From NCBI GenBank assembly GCA_963845535.1, contig CAWJSK010000015.1, forward strand, positions 1 to 64,000: a DNA stretch of 64,000 nt. The letters run 5' to 3'. The position numbers were made by a program, and so were the translations under genes. Of this stretch, positions 29,203-41,292 are shown piece after piece (position 1 is the first letter of the stretch; each line of letters begins with the position of its first letter). Origin of the DNA: an uncultured Spirochaetota bacterium (GTDB lineage: Bacteria > Spirochaetota > Spirochaetia > SZUA-6 > Fen-1364). The notes beneath the pieces were generated by a model. It was not told the origin of the DNA and did no database searches. It worked only from the letters and a program-made list of their open reading frames with translations.

Positions 29203-29706
29203 CTATTTCAGCGCCGCCGCGAGAGCCCTTTCGTAGGACGGCTCCTTTTCGATCTCGGGCACCTGCTCGGTGTACAGCACCTTGTTGTGCTCGTCGAGGA
29301 CCACGACTGCCCGCGACAGGAGGCCGGCGAGAGGTCCGTCAACGATCTCGACGCCGTAGGCGGTCCCGAAGTCGCGGCTTCTCATCTGCGACAACGTCAC
29401 GATGTTGCGGATACCCTCCGCCTCGCAGAACCGCTTCTGCGCGAAGGGCAGGTCGTTGCTGATGGTGAGGACGACCACGTTCTGCAGGTCGGCCGCCTCG
29501 GCGTCGAAGCGCCGCGCCGAGGCCGCGCAAACCCCGGTGTCCAGGCTCGGCACGATGTTGAGGATCTTTCGCCGGGCGCCGAAGCTTGCCAGGCTGACGT
29601 CGGTCAGATCGGAACGGGTGAGCTTGAAGTCGGGCGCCCTGGATCCGATGGCAGGCAGCCTGCCACGAGTCTGTATCGTCTTCCCTTTGTGGGTGATTTC
29701 CGCCAT
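29203..29706 (-). CDS. tpx: Thiol peroxidase
   Basis: VPSLDTGVC, ISNDLPFAQKRFC, LLSRAVVV. Confidence 0.96.
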   Translation of the reverse strand: MAEITHKGKTIQTRGRLPAIGSRAPDFKLTRSDLTDVSLASFGARRKILNIVPSLDTGVCAASARRFDAEAADLQNVVVLTISNDLPFAQKRFCEAEGIRNIVTLSQMRSRDFGTAYGVEIVDGPLAGLLSRAVVVLDEHNKVLYTEQVPEIEKEPSYERALAAALK

Positions 29707-29856
29707 GGGACTCTCCTAACGAAAAGGTACCGGCGCGCCTTGGGCAATTCCACTCTCCAGCAAAAATTTCGTTGACACGCGGCCCCTTTCACGCGTAGAA
29801 TCCTCTCCCGTTGTACGTTGCCGGGCTCCCGGCAGCGACACGACGGGAGGGGCGTC

Positions 29857-30039
29857 ATGGAGAAAGTCCATCGGAGAGAGGGGATTGTCTGCATTTGCGC
29901 CGAATGCAAAAAGGTGATCAAGGTCATCGGAAACGTCACACCGCAAACGTCTCACGCGGTGAGCCACGGCATCTGCCCAGAGTGCGCTGAGCATCTCTAC
30001 GGGGACCTGTTCAGGAAATCGCGGCCGTCTGAGCCGTGA
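29857..30039 (+). CDS. 60-aa Cys-rich microprotein (CxxC..SHGxCxxC)
   Basis: GGGAGG RBS, upstream TTGACA..TAGAAT promoter; ICAECKK..SHGICPEC. Confidence 0.7.
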   Translation: MEKVHRREGIVCICAECKKVIKVIGNVTPQTSHAVSHGICPECAEHLYGDLFRKSRPSEP

Positions 30040-30048
30040 GCGGCGCTG

Positions 30049-31176
30049 CTACACGACCTTGCGGGGGAGCAGCGGGCTGATCCGCGTGACGATCTCGTAG
30101 TTGATCGTCCCCGCCCATTCCCCCAGGGTTTCCGCGCTGATCCGCTCGTCTCCTGAGCTGCCAAGAAGGACCACTTCGTCCTCCAACTGCGCGGCCGGCA
30201 CATCGGTGAGATCGATCATGCAGAGATTCATGCAAATGCGTCCAATGACCGCGGCTCGCCGCCCGCGCACGAGCACGTGCGCCCTGTTGCCCAGCGCGCG
30301 GTCGTACCCGTCCGCGTAGCCGATGGGAAGCACGCCCAGGAGCGTCCTGCGCGTCGCGCGATACGAGCACCCGTATCCGACGTACGTCCCTTCCGGGACC
30401 CACTTGATCTGGACGACCCTCGTCTTCCACGAGAGGACGGGATGGAAGTCCACGGGGGCCCCCTTCTCCCTGACCGAGATGAATGTCTCACGGGACGGCC
30501 ACAGGCCGTAGAGGCCGATCCCCGTGCGCAGCATGGTGAAATGCGTGGACGGAAAGAGGAGCGCCGCTGCCGTGCACGCTGTGTGGACAAACGGGATGCG
30601 GCCGGCAATTCCTTCCGCGCACTTCAGGGCTGACTGGAAGCGCTCGATCTGGAGCTTCGCGTAGTCGTGGTTCAGCGTGTCCTCGATGTTCGCAAAATGC
30701 GTCGAAAGCCCTTCCAGCAGAACGTTGCGCGAGCTCTTCAGGAGGCGCGTGAAATCCGGCACATCCTCCGGCAGCACCCCCTGGCGGCTGGTCCCGGTGT
30801 CCACTTTCATGTGGAGCCGGGCCGGGTGCGTCACGGAACGCATGGCGGCGATTTTCTCAACGGTTTCCCGGTTGTAGACGGTAAGCGCCAGATCAGCCTC
30901 GATGGCGGCAGAGAGCTCGGCAAGTGGCACATGGCCCAGGAGGAGAACGGGCTTCGTGACTCCCATGGAGCGGAGCTCGAGACCTTCTTCCAGGGAGTTT
31001 ACGCCGAACCATTCAGCGGAGGGGAGAAGCGGGGCGATGAGCGCCACGCCGTGGCCGTAGGCGTTGGACTTTATGACGGCGCATGCCGCGGTGCCCGCGG
31101 CGCTTCCTTTTCGCATTTCCCTCAGGTTATGCTCAGGGGCTTTTCCGTCGATCTCCACCCAGACAAGGCTGCTCAT
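30049..31176 (-). CDS. alr: Alanine racemase
   Basis: AVIKSNAYGHG PLP-lysine motif, KVDTG, PIGYADG, GRICMN, TINYE. Confidence 0.96.
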   Translation of the reverse strand: MSSLVWVEIDGKAPEHNLREMRKGSAAGTAACAVIKSNAYGHGVALIAPLLPSAEWFGVNSLEEGLELRSMGVTKPVLLLGHVPLAELSAAIEADLALTVYNRETVEKIAAMRSVTHPARLHMKVDTGTSRQGVLPEDVPDFTRLLKSSRNVLLEGLSTHFANIEDTLNHDYAKLQIERFQSALKCAEGIAGRIPFVHTACTAAALLFPSTHFTMLRTGIGLYGLWPSRETFISVREKGAPVDFHPVLSWKTRVVQIKWVPEGTYVGYGCSYRATRRTLLGVLPIGYADGYDRALGNRAHVLVRGRRAAVIGRICMNLCMIDLTDVPAAQLEDEVVLLGSSGDERISAETLGEWAGTINYEIVTRISPLLPRKVV

Positions 31177-31251
31177 TGATCCTCCGTCCGAGGGGAGAAT
31201 AGTATGAAGCCCCGCATTGGTCAAAGGGAAAAGGGGCGCGCGGATTTTGGC

Positions 31252-32097
31252 CTAGACCCATTCCTCCGCGAGCGTCTCTCCGGTCTTGATTCCGACGATC
31301 ACCGCTTTCAGGGGCACTTTGCGCTGCGCGCGGGACGCTGCGTCCCGCGCAATGGCGAGGAGCCCGCGGCAGCACGGCACTTCCATCATCACGACCGTCA
31401 GCGTGTTGATGCGCGCCGTGTCGATCATGGCGATGATCTTGTCGCGATAGACGTCTTTTCCCTCATCGAGCTTCGGGCAGGCAATGGCGAGAGCCTTTCC
31501 CTTCAGGAACCTGGCCTGGAAATCCGGCACGGCATGGGCCACGCAGTCCGCGCTGAGAAGCACATCCTTTCCCGAAAGCTGAGGGGCAAGCGGCGAGAGG
31601 AGGTGGAGCTGGATGGGCCAGTTGGAAAGCTCGCTTTCCGCGGGGGTCTCAATGGGCGCGTGAGATGGCGTCTGACGCTGCTCTTGGGGCGGCCTCTGAA
31701 GCTGCACACGCTGGGGGCGCGCGGGCTGGGGCGGGGTGATTCCGTCAGGGACCGCCACGCGCTGTTCATGGAGATACCGGATTGCGTGGGAGAAGAGCTC
31801 CATTTCCCCGTGGTCTCGAAGATGACGCAGGTGCGCCCGGATGGTGTTGGCGCCCTGGGGAGCGATGACGGCCATCACTTTGCTCTCATCGTAGGGCTCG
31901 GCTTCACGCTCGACGATTTCGATGGCGCCCTCGGGGCAGTGCCCGATGCAGGCTCCCAGGCCGTCGCAGAAAAGATCGCTCACCAGGCGCGCCCTGCCGT
32001 CGATGAGCTGGAGGGCTCCTTCGGGGCAGTTGGGGATGCACAGGCCGCACCCGTTGCATGTATCGTGGTGGATCGAGATGATTTTTCTGGTGCTCAT
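31252..32097 (-). CDS. 4Fe-4S ferredoxin-domain iron-sulfur protein
   Basis: CNGCGLCIPNC, CDGLGACIGHC, NWPIQL, ADCV, ACPKLD, MEVPCC. Confidence 0.88.
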   Translation of the reverse strand: MSTRKIISIHHDTCNGCGLCIPNCPEGALQLIDGRARLVSDLFCDGLGACIGHCPEGAIEIVEREAEPYDESKVMAVIAPQGANTIRAHLRHLRDHGEMELFSHAIRYLHEQRVAVPDGITPPQPARPQRVQLQRPPQEQRQTPSHAPIETPAESELSNWPIQLHLLSPLAPQLSGKDVLLSADCVAHAVPDFQARFLKGKALAIACPKLDEGKDVYRDKIIAMIDTARINTLTVVMMEVPCCRGLLAIARDAASRAQRKVPLKAVIVGIKTGETLAEEWV

Positions 32098-32167
32098 GGG
32101 AAGAGGATACCCCGCCACGCCGCGGCGGTCCTTGACGGGGAGCAAACGGGAACGGGACCGAGCGCGC

Positions 32168-34448
<2,281 letters not shown>

Positions 34449-34500
34449 AGGGACGAACCTCCATGCGAAAGCGCCAAGGCGGGGAGAGCGGTGCTTTTCC

Positions 34501-34529
34501 TTGACACCCCCTCCCCATTCCGATATCTT
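34501..34529 (+). promoter_or_regulatory. sigma-70 promoter
   Basis: TTGACA-N17-TATCTT, 13 bp upstream of the ATG at 34543. Confidence 0.7.
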
Positions 34530-34542
34530 GGGGAAAATATCG

Positions 34543-36294
34543 ATGCACCTTGATGCCAATCAATCACACGCTGAAATCCTCCAGATCCTGAGAAAAGCCG
34601 GATTCGCACCCCCCACCCCGGCGCAGGAAAAACTGGCGCCTCTTTTCCTCAAGGGCAGGGACGCGGTGGTGGAATCCGCGCGCGCCTCGGACTCCGCCCC
34701 CGGTTTCTTTCTCCCTCTTATTCTCGGCCTTCGCGGAGCCGGGCTTGCGCCGCGTGCCCTTCTTCTTGTGCCGGCACAGCAGGACGTTGAAAAGATATCG
34801 CAGGCAATCGGGCGTTTCACGCGCGTCGTAAAGGACCTCCCGGCCTTTGTGCCGTTGGGGGAGATCGAGGATGAGCGGCGCGAGCAGCGGCGCCTGGAAA
34901 AAGGGGCAACCGTCGTCGCCGGCACCACGGAGCGCGTTATTGACCACGTTCGCCGGGGGAGCCTGGAGACCGGTCAGCTTGCCGCGGTGGTCGTCCAGGA
35001 GCCCGAGGGAGAGCTCCGAGCGGATTTCATCAAGGACGTGCAGTTCATTTTTGCCCGGTTATCGGGCCGTCATCAGATGATTCTTTTCACCTCGCTTCCC
35101 GCCGGACAGGAGAGCGAGTTGCTGGCCCTCCTTCACCACCCGGTTGTCGTGACTGAGACCTCGTCGTCCGCCATCCCCGTTTCCGCGGGCAAGGAAAACC
35201 TTCTCTTCGAAGTGCCGGCCGGGGACAAAGTCCAGGCGCTTGCCCGGGTCCTCCTTGGCCGCAAGGTCCCCTCCGCCCTCGTGCTTTGCCCGGGGCGCAT
35301 GGACCCGCTGAAGGTGTCCCAGGCTCTCCGCTCACGGCAGCTTCGCGCCGTTGCGTGGCCTTCCGGTCCGTTGACGGGCGCCGGAGGCCAGCGCGGGAGG
35401 TCCGTACGGGGGGCCGGCGCGGAGAGGGCCTCCATCCAGGCGGCGTTGTCCCGAGGGGACGCGGACGTCGTTATTGGCTCCTCGCTTCCGGAGGGTTTTT
35501 CGCCGTCCCACGTGGTGTACCTCGAGGTCCCCGCCGGCATTCGTCCCGTGCGGTGGACTTCTTCTCTCATCGCTCTTGTGGATCGGGGCCAGGAAAAGGA
35601 AATCTCACGACTGCAGGAGGCGGTTGGCGTGACACTAAAAAAGGAAGAGCTTCCGACTGACAAAGAGGTCGTCGTAGGCTTGATAGACCGGGTCCTTCAG
35701 AACTTGAAGGACGACAAGGAAGGGACTCAGCTCGCGCAGCTTCGTTCGCTGATTCGCCGCCAGGTCCCGCTCCTCCAGCGCCCGCTCTTCATGGCGTACC
35801 TGTTGAAGTCCCTGCTTCCGGCGGGAGCGGTGGGCGTCCCGACTGCCCAACCCCAGGATACCGCCGGGCGCGCTTTCGCGGGGCGGGAGGCGCTCCCCGC
35901 GCAGGGACGGCCGGCCCCGCGCCGCGGCGCCCCGGCCCAAGCCCCGGCCGCGGCGGAGCCGGGGAAGGCTTCCCGCGGAAGGTTTGCCCGGAGCATCGAG
36001 GTTCCGCGGTCACCCGCTGAAGCGCAGCCGGGCAAGGGGTTCACGCAGCTTTTCGTCAGCATCGGCAGGAACAGGCGCGTCTACGCCCGCGAGCTTGCCG
36101 AGTTGTTCACGGAAAAGCTCCAGCTCGGAGCCAACGAGCTGGGCAGCGTGCGCGTCTTTGACAAGTATTCCTTCGTGGACATCAACCCTGCCAGGGCGGA
36201 TGAGGCAATCACGCGCCTTTCCGGCAGCGAAATGAAAGGCCGGACCATCACCGTCAATTACGCAAAGAAGAAGGAAGAGAAAGGCGAGCACTGA
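34543..36294 (+). CDS. Degenerate DEAD-box helicase-like protein with C-terminal DbpA RNA-binding domain
   Basis: Q-motif GF..PTPAQ retained; Walker A and DEAD replaced; C-terminal LFVSIGRNRRV..GSVRVFDKYSFV..GRTITVNYA. Confidence 0.8.
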   Translation: MHLDANQSHAEILQILRKAGFAPPTPAQEKLAPLFLKGRDAVVESARASDSAPGFFLPLILGLRGAGLAPRALLLVPAQQDVEKISQAIGRFTRVVKDLPAFVPLGEIEDERREQRRLEKGATVVAGTTERVIDHVRRGSLETGQLAAVVVQEPEGELRADFIKDVQFIFARLSGRHQMILFTSLPAGQESELLALLHHPVVVTETSSSAIPVSAGKENLLFEVPAGDKVQALARVLLGRKVPSALVLCPGRMDPLKVSQALRSRQLRAVAWPSGPLTGAGGQRGRSVRGAGAERASIQAALSRGDADVVIGSSLPEGFSPSHVVYLEVPAGIRPVRWTSSLIALVDRGQEKEISRLQEAVGVTLKKEELPTDKEVVVGLIDRVLQNLKDDKEGTQLAQLRSLIRRQVPLLQRPLFMAYLLKSLLPAGAVGVPTAQPQDTAGRAFAGREALPAQGRPAPRRGAPAQAPAAAEPGKASRGRFARSIEVPRSPAEAQPGKGFTQLFVSIGRNRRVYARELAELFTEKLQLGANELGSVRVFDKYSFVDINPARADEAITRLSGSEMKGRTITVNYAKKKEEKGEH

Positions 36295-36971
36295 TGCCGG
36301 CGGACCTCCTGGAGACCGCGTGGCCTGCGGTAGCCAGCCCTCTTCTCCATCTGCCCTTCGCCTCTCGGCTGGAAGTGGAGATTGGGTGCGGGAACGGACA
36401 CTTCCTCTGCGAATATGCGGCGGAACGGCGTGAGGCAACCCTTGTCGGCATCGACATAAAAAAAAAGAGGTGTCTCAAGGCGCAGGACAAAGCCGAGCGC
36501 CGGGGGTACAGAAATGTCGTCATCATCAATGCGAGCGCCGAAAAGGTCCTTCAGGACCTGCCGGGCGGCTCGGTTGACGCATTCCACATCTACTTTCCCG
36601 ACCCGTGGCCCAAGAGCAGGCATCGAAAGAGAAGATTTTTCACCATGGGGAACCTCCTCATCATGCACAACCTGCTCAAGGAAGGGGGGCGGCTGCACTT
36701 TGGGACTGATTTCTTCGACTACTATATCCAGGCGAAAGTGCTCGTTGCTCTCCATCCCGGGTTTTCCATCACGGAAGAGCCCGCGCCGGCCCCCGTCCTC
36801 TCCTCCCTCTATGGACGCAAGTTCGTCGGCGTGAGCAAACAGATCCTCATCTTTTCAGCCGTCAAGACGGCCGCAGCATCCGTGACGGCCGGCTCAACGG
36901 ATGAGAAAAGACAGGAGGAAGAACATCAGCGGGATGTTGATGGCCGTGTTGAGGATGATGAAGAGCGCTGA
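36294..36971 (+). CDS. trmB: tRNA (guanine-N7)-methyltransferase
   Basis: EIGCGNG, YFPDPWPKSRHRKRR, GTDF.DY. Confidence 0.93.
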   Translation: MPADLLETAWPAVASPLLHLPFASRLEVEIGCGNGHFLCEYAAERREATLVGIDIKKKRCLKAQDKAERRGYRNVVIINASAEKVLQDLPGGSVDAFHIYFPDPWPKSRHRKRRFFTMGNLLIMHNLLKEGGRLHFGTDFFDYYIQAKVLVALHPGFSITEEPAPAPVLSSLYGRKFVGVSKQILIFSAVKTAAASVTAGSTDEKRQEEEHQRDVDGRVEDDEER

Positions 36972-38162
36972 AACCATTGCGTAGACGGACGCCATGCGGC
37001 CGCTCCTGGCGGAGATGGCTTCCGGGTCCCCTTCCAGAAGCATGAGCTCCGCCATCGGATCTTCGGGCTTGGAGAGCACGAAGCTCCCGCCTTCCACCCG
37101 GTAACCCCCAAAGGCCACGCATGCGCCGTCCGCAGGGCCTGGCGATGCGCGGCGCGCGCCACGCGCTCTGCGCAAAGGCAGATCCGCGGCGACTCTTCTG
37201 ACGTCGAGCGGAAGCACCACGGAGTGCCCGTCCGACGTCACCAGGCCGGCCGCTGGTTCTCCGGCAGCCCCCCCCGCGGCCTTCATTGCCTTGATCATGA
37301 TGTAGGGCTCCCGGTCCGGCAGGAGCGTGGTTCTCCTGACGCCTTCGTCGTCGATGGTGGACGGGAAGTAACGCATGGGCAGGCGCACAATGTCGCGCTG
37401 CACCCTCATCAGGCGCGCCTTTTTCCAGAACCGGCGGTAGGCGAGGTACAGCGGGAACGCGGGGGGGAGAAAGGGCGATACAGGGGCGAGGCCGGCGGCC
37501 AGCGCCACCAGGGCGAGCACGCGCGCCTCGGGGGCGGCGAGGAGACGATAGGCGAGCAGGATGAGCGAGAGAGAGCCGATGGCAACCGACGGGAGCGTGA
37601 AGGGGTTCATGTACTCGTTGCGTTGCCGTCCGCCGCGGATGGCGGATTCGACAATGCTCTCCCGGGGGCAGTCATGGATCACGACCAGGAGCCTGGCCTT
37701 CCCATACCCACGAAAAACACCGCGGCCTTCCTCGGAGAACAGCGCTCCGCCGACAAAGACCGGCGTTCCTTCCGGGAGAGAGAATATCCGGCTCCACGGC
37801 ACGCTGCGCAGCTCCGTGTCCTCAGCGGCGGCGGCGTGAGCGGTATCCTGGCCGCCGTCTTCCGGGATCAGGTATACGTGGACGTTCCTCAAGTCCGCGG
37901 CAACGGAGAACCTGCCGTTGGTTATCCATATTCTGTGCTCGCCCTGGATGGCCTCCAGCGTCCCGAAGAAACGGAAAAGGCCGATGAACGCATTCCGCTC
38001 CCGTCCAACCGCGTGGGGAGTGGCGGTAGGGTAGCGCGAGACCTCGTGGATGGTCCGGCGAAAGACCCTCCACCGGCCCCGGACGCGAAATGCCCCGATT
38101 CCCGGGAAGACTGCGTAAAAAAGGAGCGCGATTGCCAGGATGAGGAGGAGATACCACATCAT
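36894..38162 (-). CDS. Hypothetical membrane protein
   Basis: 422-aa ORF with N-terminal, central and C-terminal TM segments. Confidence 0.7.
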   Translation of the reverse strand: MMWYLLLILAIALLFYAVFPGIGAFRVRGRWRVFRRTIHEVSRYPTATPHAVGRERNAFIGLFRFFGTLEAIQGEHRIWITNGRFSVAADLRNVHVYLIPEDGGQDTAHAAAAEDTELRSVPWSRIFSLPEGTPVFVGGALFSEEGRGVFRGYGKARLLVVIHDCPRESIVESAIRGGRQRNEYMNPFTLPSVAIGSLSLILLAYRLLAAPEARVLALVALAAGLAPVSPFLPPAFPLYLAYRRFWKKARLMRVQRDIVRLPMRYFPSTIDDEGVRRTTLLPDREPYIMIKAMKAAGGAAGEPAAGLVTSDGHSVVLPLDVRRVAADLPLRRARGARRASPGPADGACVAFGGYRVEGGSFVLSKPEDPMAELMLLEGDPEAISARSGRMASVYAMVSALFIILNTAINIPLMFFLLSFLIR

Positions 38163-38209
38163 ATCGCGTATTGATAAAGGGCTGCGAATCCTTTAGGCTG
38201 GAGTATATC

Positions 38210-39202
38210 ATGGTGGAGAGAGTTGTCGTAGGTCCTTGGAAGACAAATTGTTACATCTTTTCCAGTACCAAGAAAGAATGCATCATCATTGATCCAGGAG
38301 GGGATGAGGAGGAGATAGCCTCCCGTGTCGACGTTCTCAACATGGTGCCCGTCGGCATTGCCCTGACACACGGCCACGTAGACCACCTTGCCGCTCTCGG
38401 GAGGCTCCAGTCGAGCTACGCCGGCCGCGGGTACACTCTTCCCATCGCAATCAGTCCCGCTGACCGCCGCTTCCTGGGATCGGGAGCGCTGGAGGCGCAC
38501 AAGGAGAGCCTCAAGGGCCATGCGCTGGACGAGCTGGCTTTCTTCACCGGGGACGCCCCCGAGCTGCCGAAGGCGGACGTGAGGCTCAGGGAAGGGGACC
38601 GGGTTTTCGACATGGACCTCGTTGTCCTGGAAACCCCCGGGCACACACCGGGAAGCCTCTGTTTCTACAGCGAGAAGGAAGGGGTGCTCTTCTCGGGTGA
38701 CACTCTGTTTTTCGACGGAGTGGGAAGAACCGACCTTCCCGGAGGGAGTGACAAGAGGCTCAGGGAAAGCATCGAAAAGAAGATCGCGGTCCTCCCACCG
38801 GAGACGCGAGTGTTCCCAGGCCATGGCCCTTTCACCACCGTGGAAAGGGAAAGGCGGGGGAACCCCTTTTTCCGCCAGCCGCCGCCGGAGCCCAAGCCGC
38901 CTGAGCCTCAGAAGCGCGCGCCCGCAAAAACAGCGGGGAAGCCCGCCCGACGGCAGTCGGTTGCCCGGCCCAAGGCCACCAGGTCTCCAAAGGCCGGACG
39001 GGCCGGCCAGCAGCCGAGCAGGAAAACCGTGAACGCCAAGGTGAAGACGCTTCGGCCCAAGGGAGCAAAAGACGACCGGCGCGCTGCAAAGCCCGCGGTC
39101 CGGCGCGCTGCGGCAAAAAGCGCGGCGCGGCCCGTTCGGACCCGCGCGCACAGTCCCGTCAAATCGACCCAACGGATGTCCGCAAAGAAAAAGGGACGCT
39201 AA
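38210..39202 (+). CDS. MBL-fold metallo-hydrolase (glyoxalase II/YcbL-like) with long basic tail
   Basis: THGHVDH, TPGHTPGS, FSGDTLF, PGHG; C-terminal ~105 aa rich in K/R/A/P. Confidence 0.9.
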   Translation: MVERVVVGPWKTNCYIFSSTKKECIIIDPGGDEEEIASRVDVLNMVPVGIALTHGHVDHLAALGRLQSSYAGRGYTLPIAISPADRRFLGSGALEAHKESLKGHALDELAFFTGDAPELPKADVRLREGDRVFDMDLVVLETPGHTPGSLCFYSEKEGVLFSGDTLFFDGVGRTDLPGGSDKRLRESIEKKIAVLPPETRVFPGHGPFTTVERERRGNPFFRQPPPEPKPPEPQKRAPAKTAGKPARRQSVARPKATRSPKAGRAGQQPSRKTVNAKVKTLRPKGAKDDRRAAKPAVRRAAAKSAARPVRTRAHSPVKSTQRMSAKKKGR

Positions 39203-39226
39203 GCCGGGCCGCGGCGCGCTATGGCG

Positions 39227-39583
39227 TTATCGGTTACGGCGCTCTTCGGATGATTTGCAATCTATGCACAGGAGAGCGTAAGGGATGGCTTCAAGCCTCT
39301 CACGGGGGATCTTCTTGGAGCATCTGGCGCACAGGCCGTACTTCTTGTTTTCGATCCTGGCAAGCGCAGACTCGATGAGCTGCAAGCGGCGCAGCTCCTG
39401 GGTCCCCAGGGCTTCGAGCGTCTTGCGGTCAATGTCATCCGCGGCAATGTCCGCCAGGTCCTTCGGATCCATGTCTTCTATTATGGTGCGGAAATCCTCA
39501 CTCTCAGAAGCCAGGTTTTTCAGAATTTCCTTTTTAAGGTCGATAAGCGAGACTCTCATTTTCTTGAGGAAGTTTTCTTCCAT
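39227..39583 (-). CDS. dksA: DksA/TraR C4 zinc-finger protein
   Basis: DLADIA coiled-coil tip; YGLCARC..RLEAIPYALLCIDC. Confidence 0.88.
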   Translation of the reverse strand: MEENFLKKMRVSLIDLKKEILKNLASESEDFRTIIEDMDPKDLADIAADDIDRKTLEALGTQELRRLQLIESALARIENKKYGLCARCSKKIPRERLEAIPYALLCIDCKSSEERRNR

Positions 39584-39690
39584 GCGGTTACCTTTAGGGA
39601 AAGGAATCTACATACAAACATCGCCAGTTGTCAATCCCAGGTCAAAAATCGCCTAAACCTCCAGAGTTTTCCCCCATTTCCTCCCGACCG

Positions 39691-39719
39691 TTGACAGCGT
39701 GTCTCAAAGCGCCTACACT
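39691..39719 (+). promoter_or_regulatory. sigma-70 promoter of infA
   Basis: TTGACA-N17-TACACT. Confidence 0.75.
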
Positions 39720-39739
39720 GAATTTCAAAGGAGAGCTCA

Positions 39740-39958
39740 TTGCCGAAGGAAGAAGCCATTGAAGTCGACGGAAAAGTGAAAGAATCGCTTCCCAACACTA
39801 TGTTCAGGGTAGAGTTGGAAAATGGGCACCTTATCCTTGCCCACCTTTCTGGAAAGATGAGGAAACACTACATCCGCATTGTCCCGGGAGACAAGGTGAA
39901 AGTCGCCTTATCCCCCTATGATCTCACGCGCGGAAGGATCATCTTCCGCGAGAGATAG
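39740..39958 (+). CDS. infA: Translation initiation factor IF-1
   Basis: [35 protein letters not shown]. Confidence 0.98.
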   Translation: MPKEEAIEVDGKVKESLPNTMFRVELENGHLILAHLSGKMRKHYIRIVPGDKVKVALSPYDLTRGRIIFRER

Positions 39959-39981
39959 CTCGCGCGCCACGCACGTCCCGG

Positions 39982-41262
39982 CTACGACCTGTAATCCGCG
40001 TTCTCCTTGACGTAATCATAGGAAAGATCGGATCCAAGCACCTCCGCAAACAGGGACGAAATTCCCAGAATGACTTCTATGTCCACGGTCTTGTCGTGCT
40101 GAGGCCACGGAGGGCGCCGCGTGTCGAGGGCCCGATCTTTCAGGTAGGCGCTGAGCTTCTCCTCCTTGACGGAGTCGAGCTGGAAGCCGCCGCCGGCAAA
40201 GATGTCCACGCCGCCCATGCGCACCCGCACGCCGGCCGGATCCAACGGCTCACCTGCGTTCCCCAGGTAGTCGCCGACTGCTGAGATGATCCTTCCGACG
40301 TTCGGATCATTCCCGAATATCGCCGTCTTCACGAGCGGCGAGTTCACGATGGCGCGGGCCACCGACAACGCCGTGCTCTCATTCCTGCCGCCGGTCACCC
40401 GGACCCGCATCACGTGCCCCACCCCCTCGGCGTTGCGCATGATGTCGAAGGCAAGCCCGGACAGGACCTCGAGAAGCCCTTGCCGGAGCTCCTCCCGCGG
40501 CACCGCGGGGCGTCGTCCTGAGGACAAAATGATTGCCGTGTCGCTCGTGCTCTGGTCGCTATCCACGGAGATGCGGTTCAGCGACCTCTCCACGCACCAT
40601 GCAAGCTCCTCCCGCAGCGTCTCCCGGGGCATGGCGATATCCGTGCAGACAAAGCAGAGCAGAGTGGCCATGTTCGGCTCGATCATTCCCGCCCCTTTCG
40701 CGGTCCCCAGGATTGTTCCCTGACCAACCGAAGCCCGTCGTACTTTCGGGAAAGCGTCAGTAGTCATGATTGCGCGCGCAAGGGGCAGGATGGAGGAGCG
40801 GTCCAGCCCGGCCACGAGCCGGGGAAGCGCCTCTTCCATTTCCCGCAGCGGCAGTCCCCACCCGATTATCCCCGTGGAGGCGGCGAAAAAACTCTCCGCT
40901 GAGGCTCCGAGCTGGGAGCCGAGGGCGGCCAAAAGAGCTTCAGCGTCCTTTTCTCCGTCCGGCGTGCCGACGTTGGAGATCTTGTTGTTGATGAGGATGC
41001 CCTGGATGGAATCCCGCTCCAGCCTTCGCCGCCCCAGGAGAACGGGCGCGCCGGGAAAACGATTGCGCGTGAATACGGCGGCAAAATCCCTGCTCGGCTG
41101 GTCGAGCAGGATGAGCGCAAGGTTCATGGGAAGCGGCTGGGGGACGCTTTTTTCCCGGGGGAAGAACTCAAGCGATGCCGTTGCGCATCGGAATCCCTCC
41201 GGCAGGGCGGACCGGGCCGCAAGCTCTTTCAGGTAGTCTGATTCTGATGAGAATGATTCCAC
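39982..41262 (-). CDS. argJ: Ornithine acetyltransferase / N-acetylglutamate synthase
   Basis: IMTTD, KGAGMIEPNMATLL, SPLVKTAIFGNDPNVGR, DLSYDYV.ENADYRS. Confidence 0.95.
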   Translation of the reverse strand: MESFSSESDYLKELAARSALPEGFRCATASLEFFPREKSVPQPLPMNLALILLDQPSRDFAAVFTRNRFPGAPVLLGRRRLERDSIQGILINNKISNVGTPDGEKDAEALLAALGSQLGASAESFFAASTGIIGWGLPLREMEEALPRLVAGLDRSSILPLARAIMTTDAFPKVRRASVGQGTILGTAKGAGMIEPNMATLLCFVCTDIAMPRETLREELAWCVERSLNRISVDSDQSTSDTAIILSSGRRPAVPREELRQGLLEVLSGLAFDIMRNAEGVGHVMRVRVTGGRNESTALSVARAIVNSPLVKTAIFGNDPNVGRIISAVGDYLGNAGEPLDPAGVRVRMGGVDIFAGGGFQLDSVKEEKLSAYLKDRALDTRRPPWPQHDKTVDIEVILGISSLFAEVLGSDLSYDYVKENADYRS

Positions 41263-41292
41263 AGGTTTTTATAACCGGGCCACGAGCGATAT

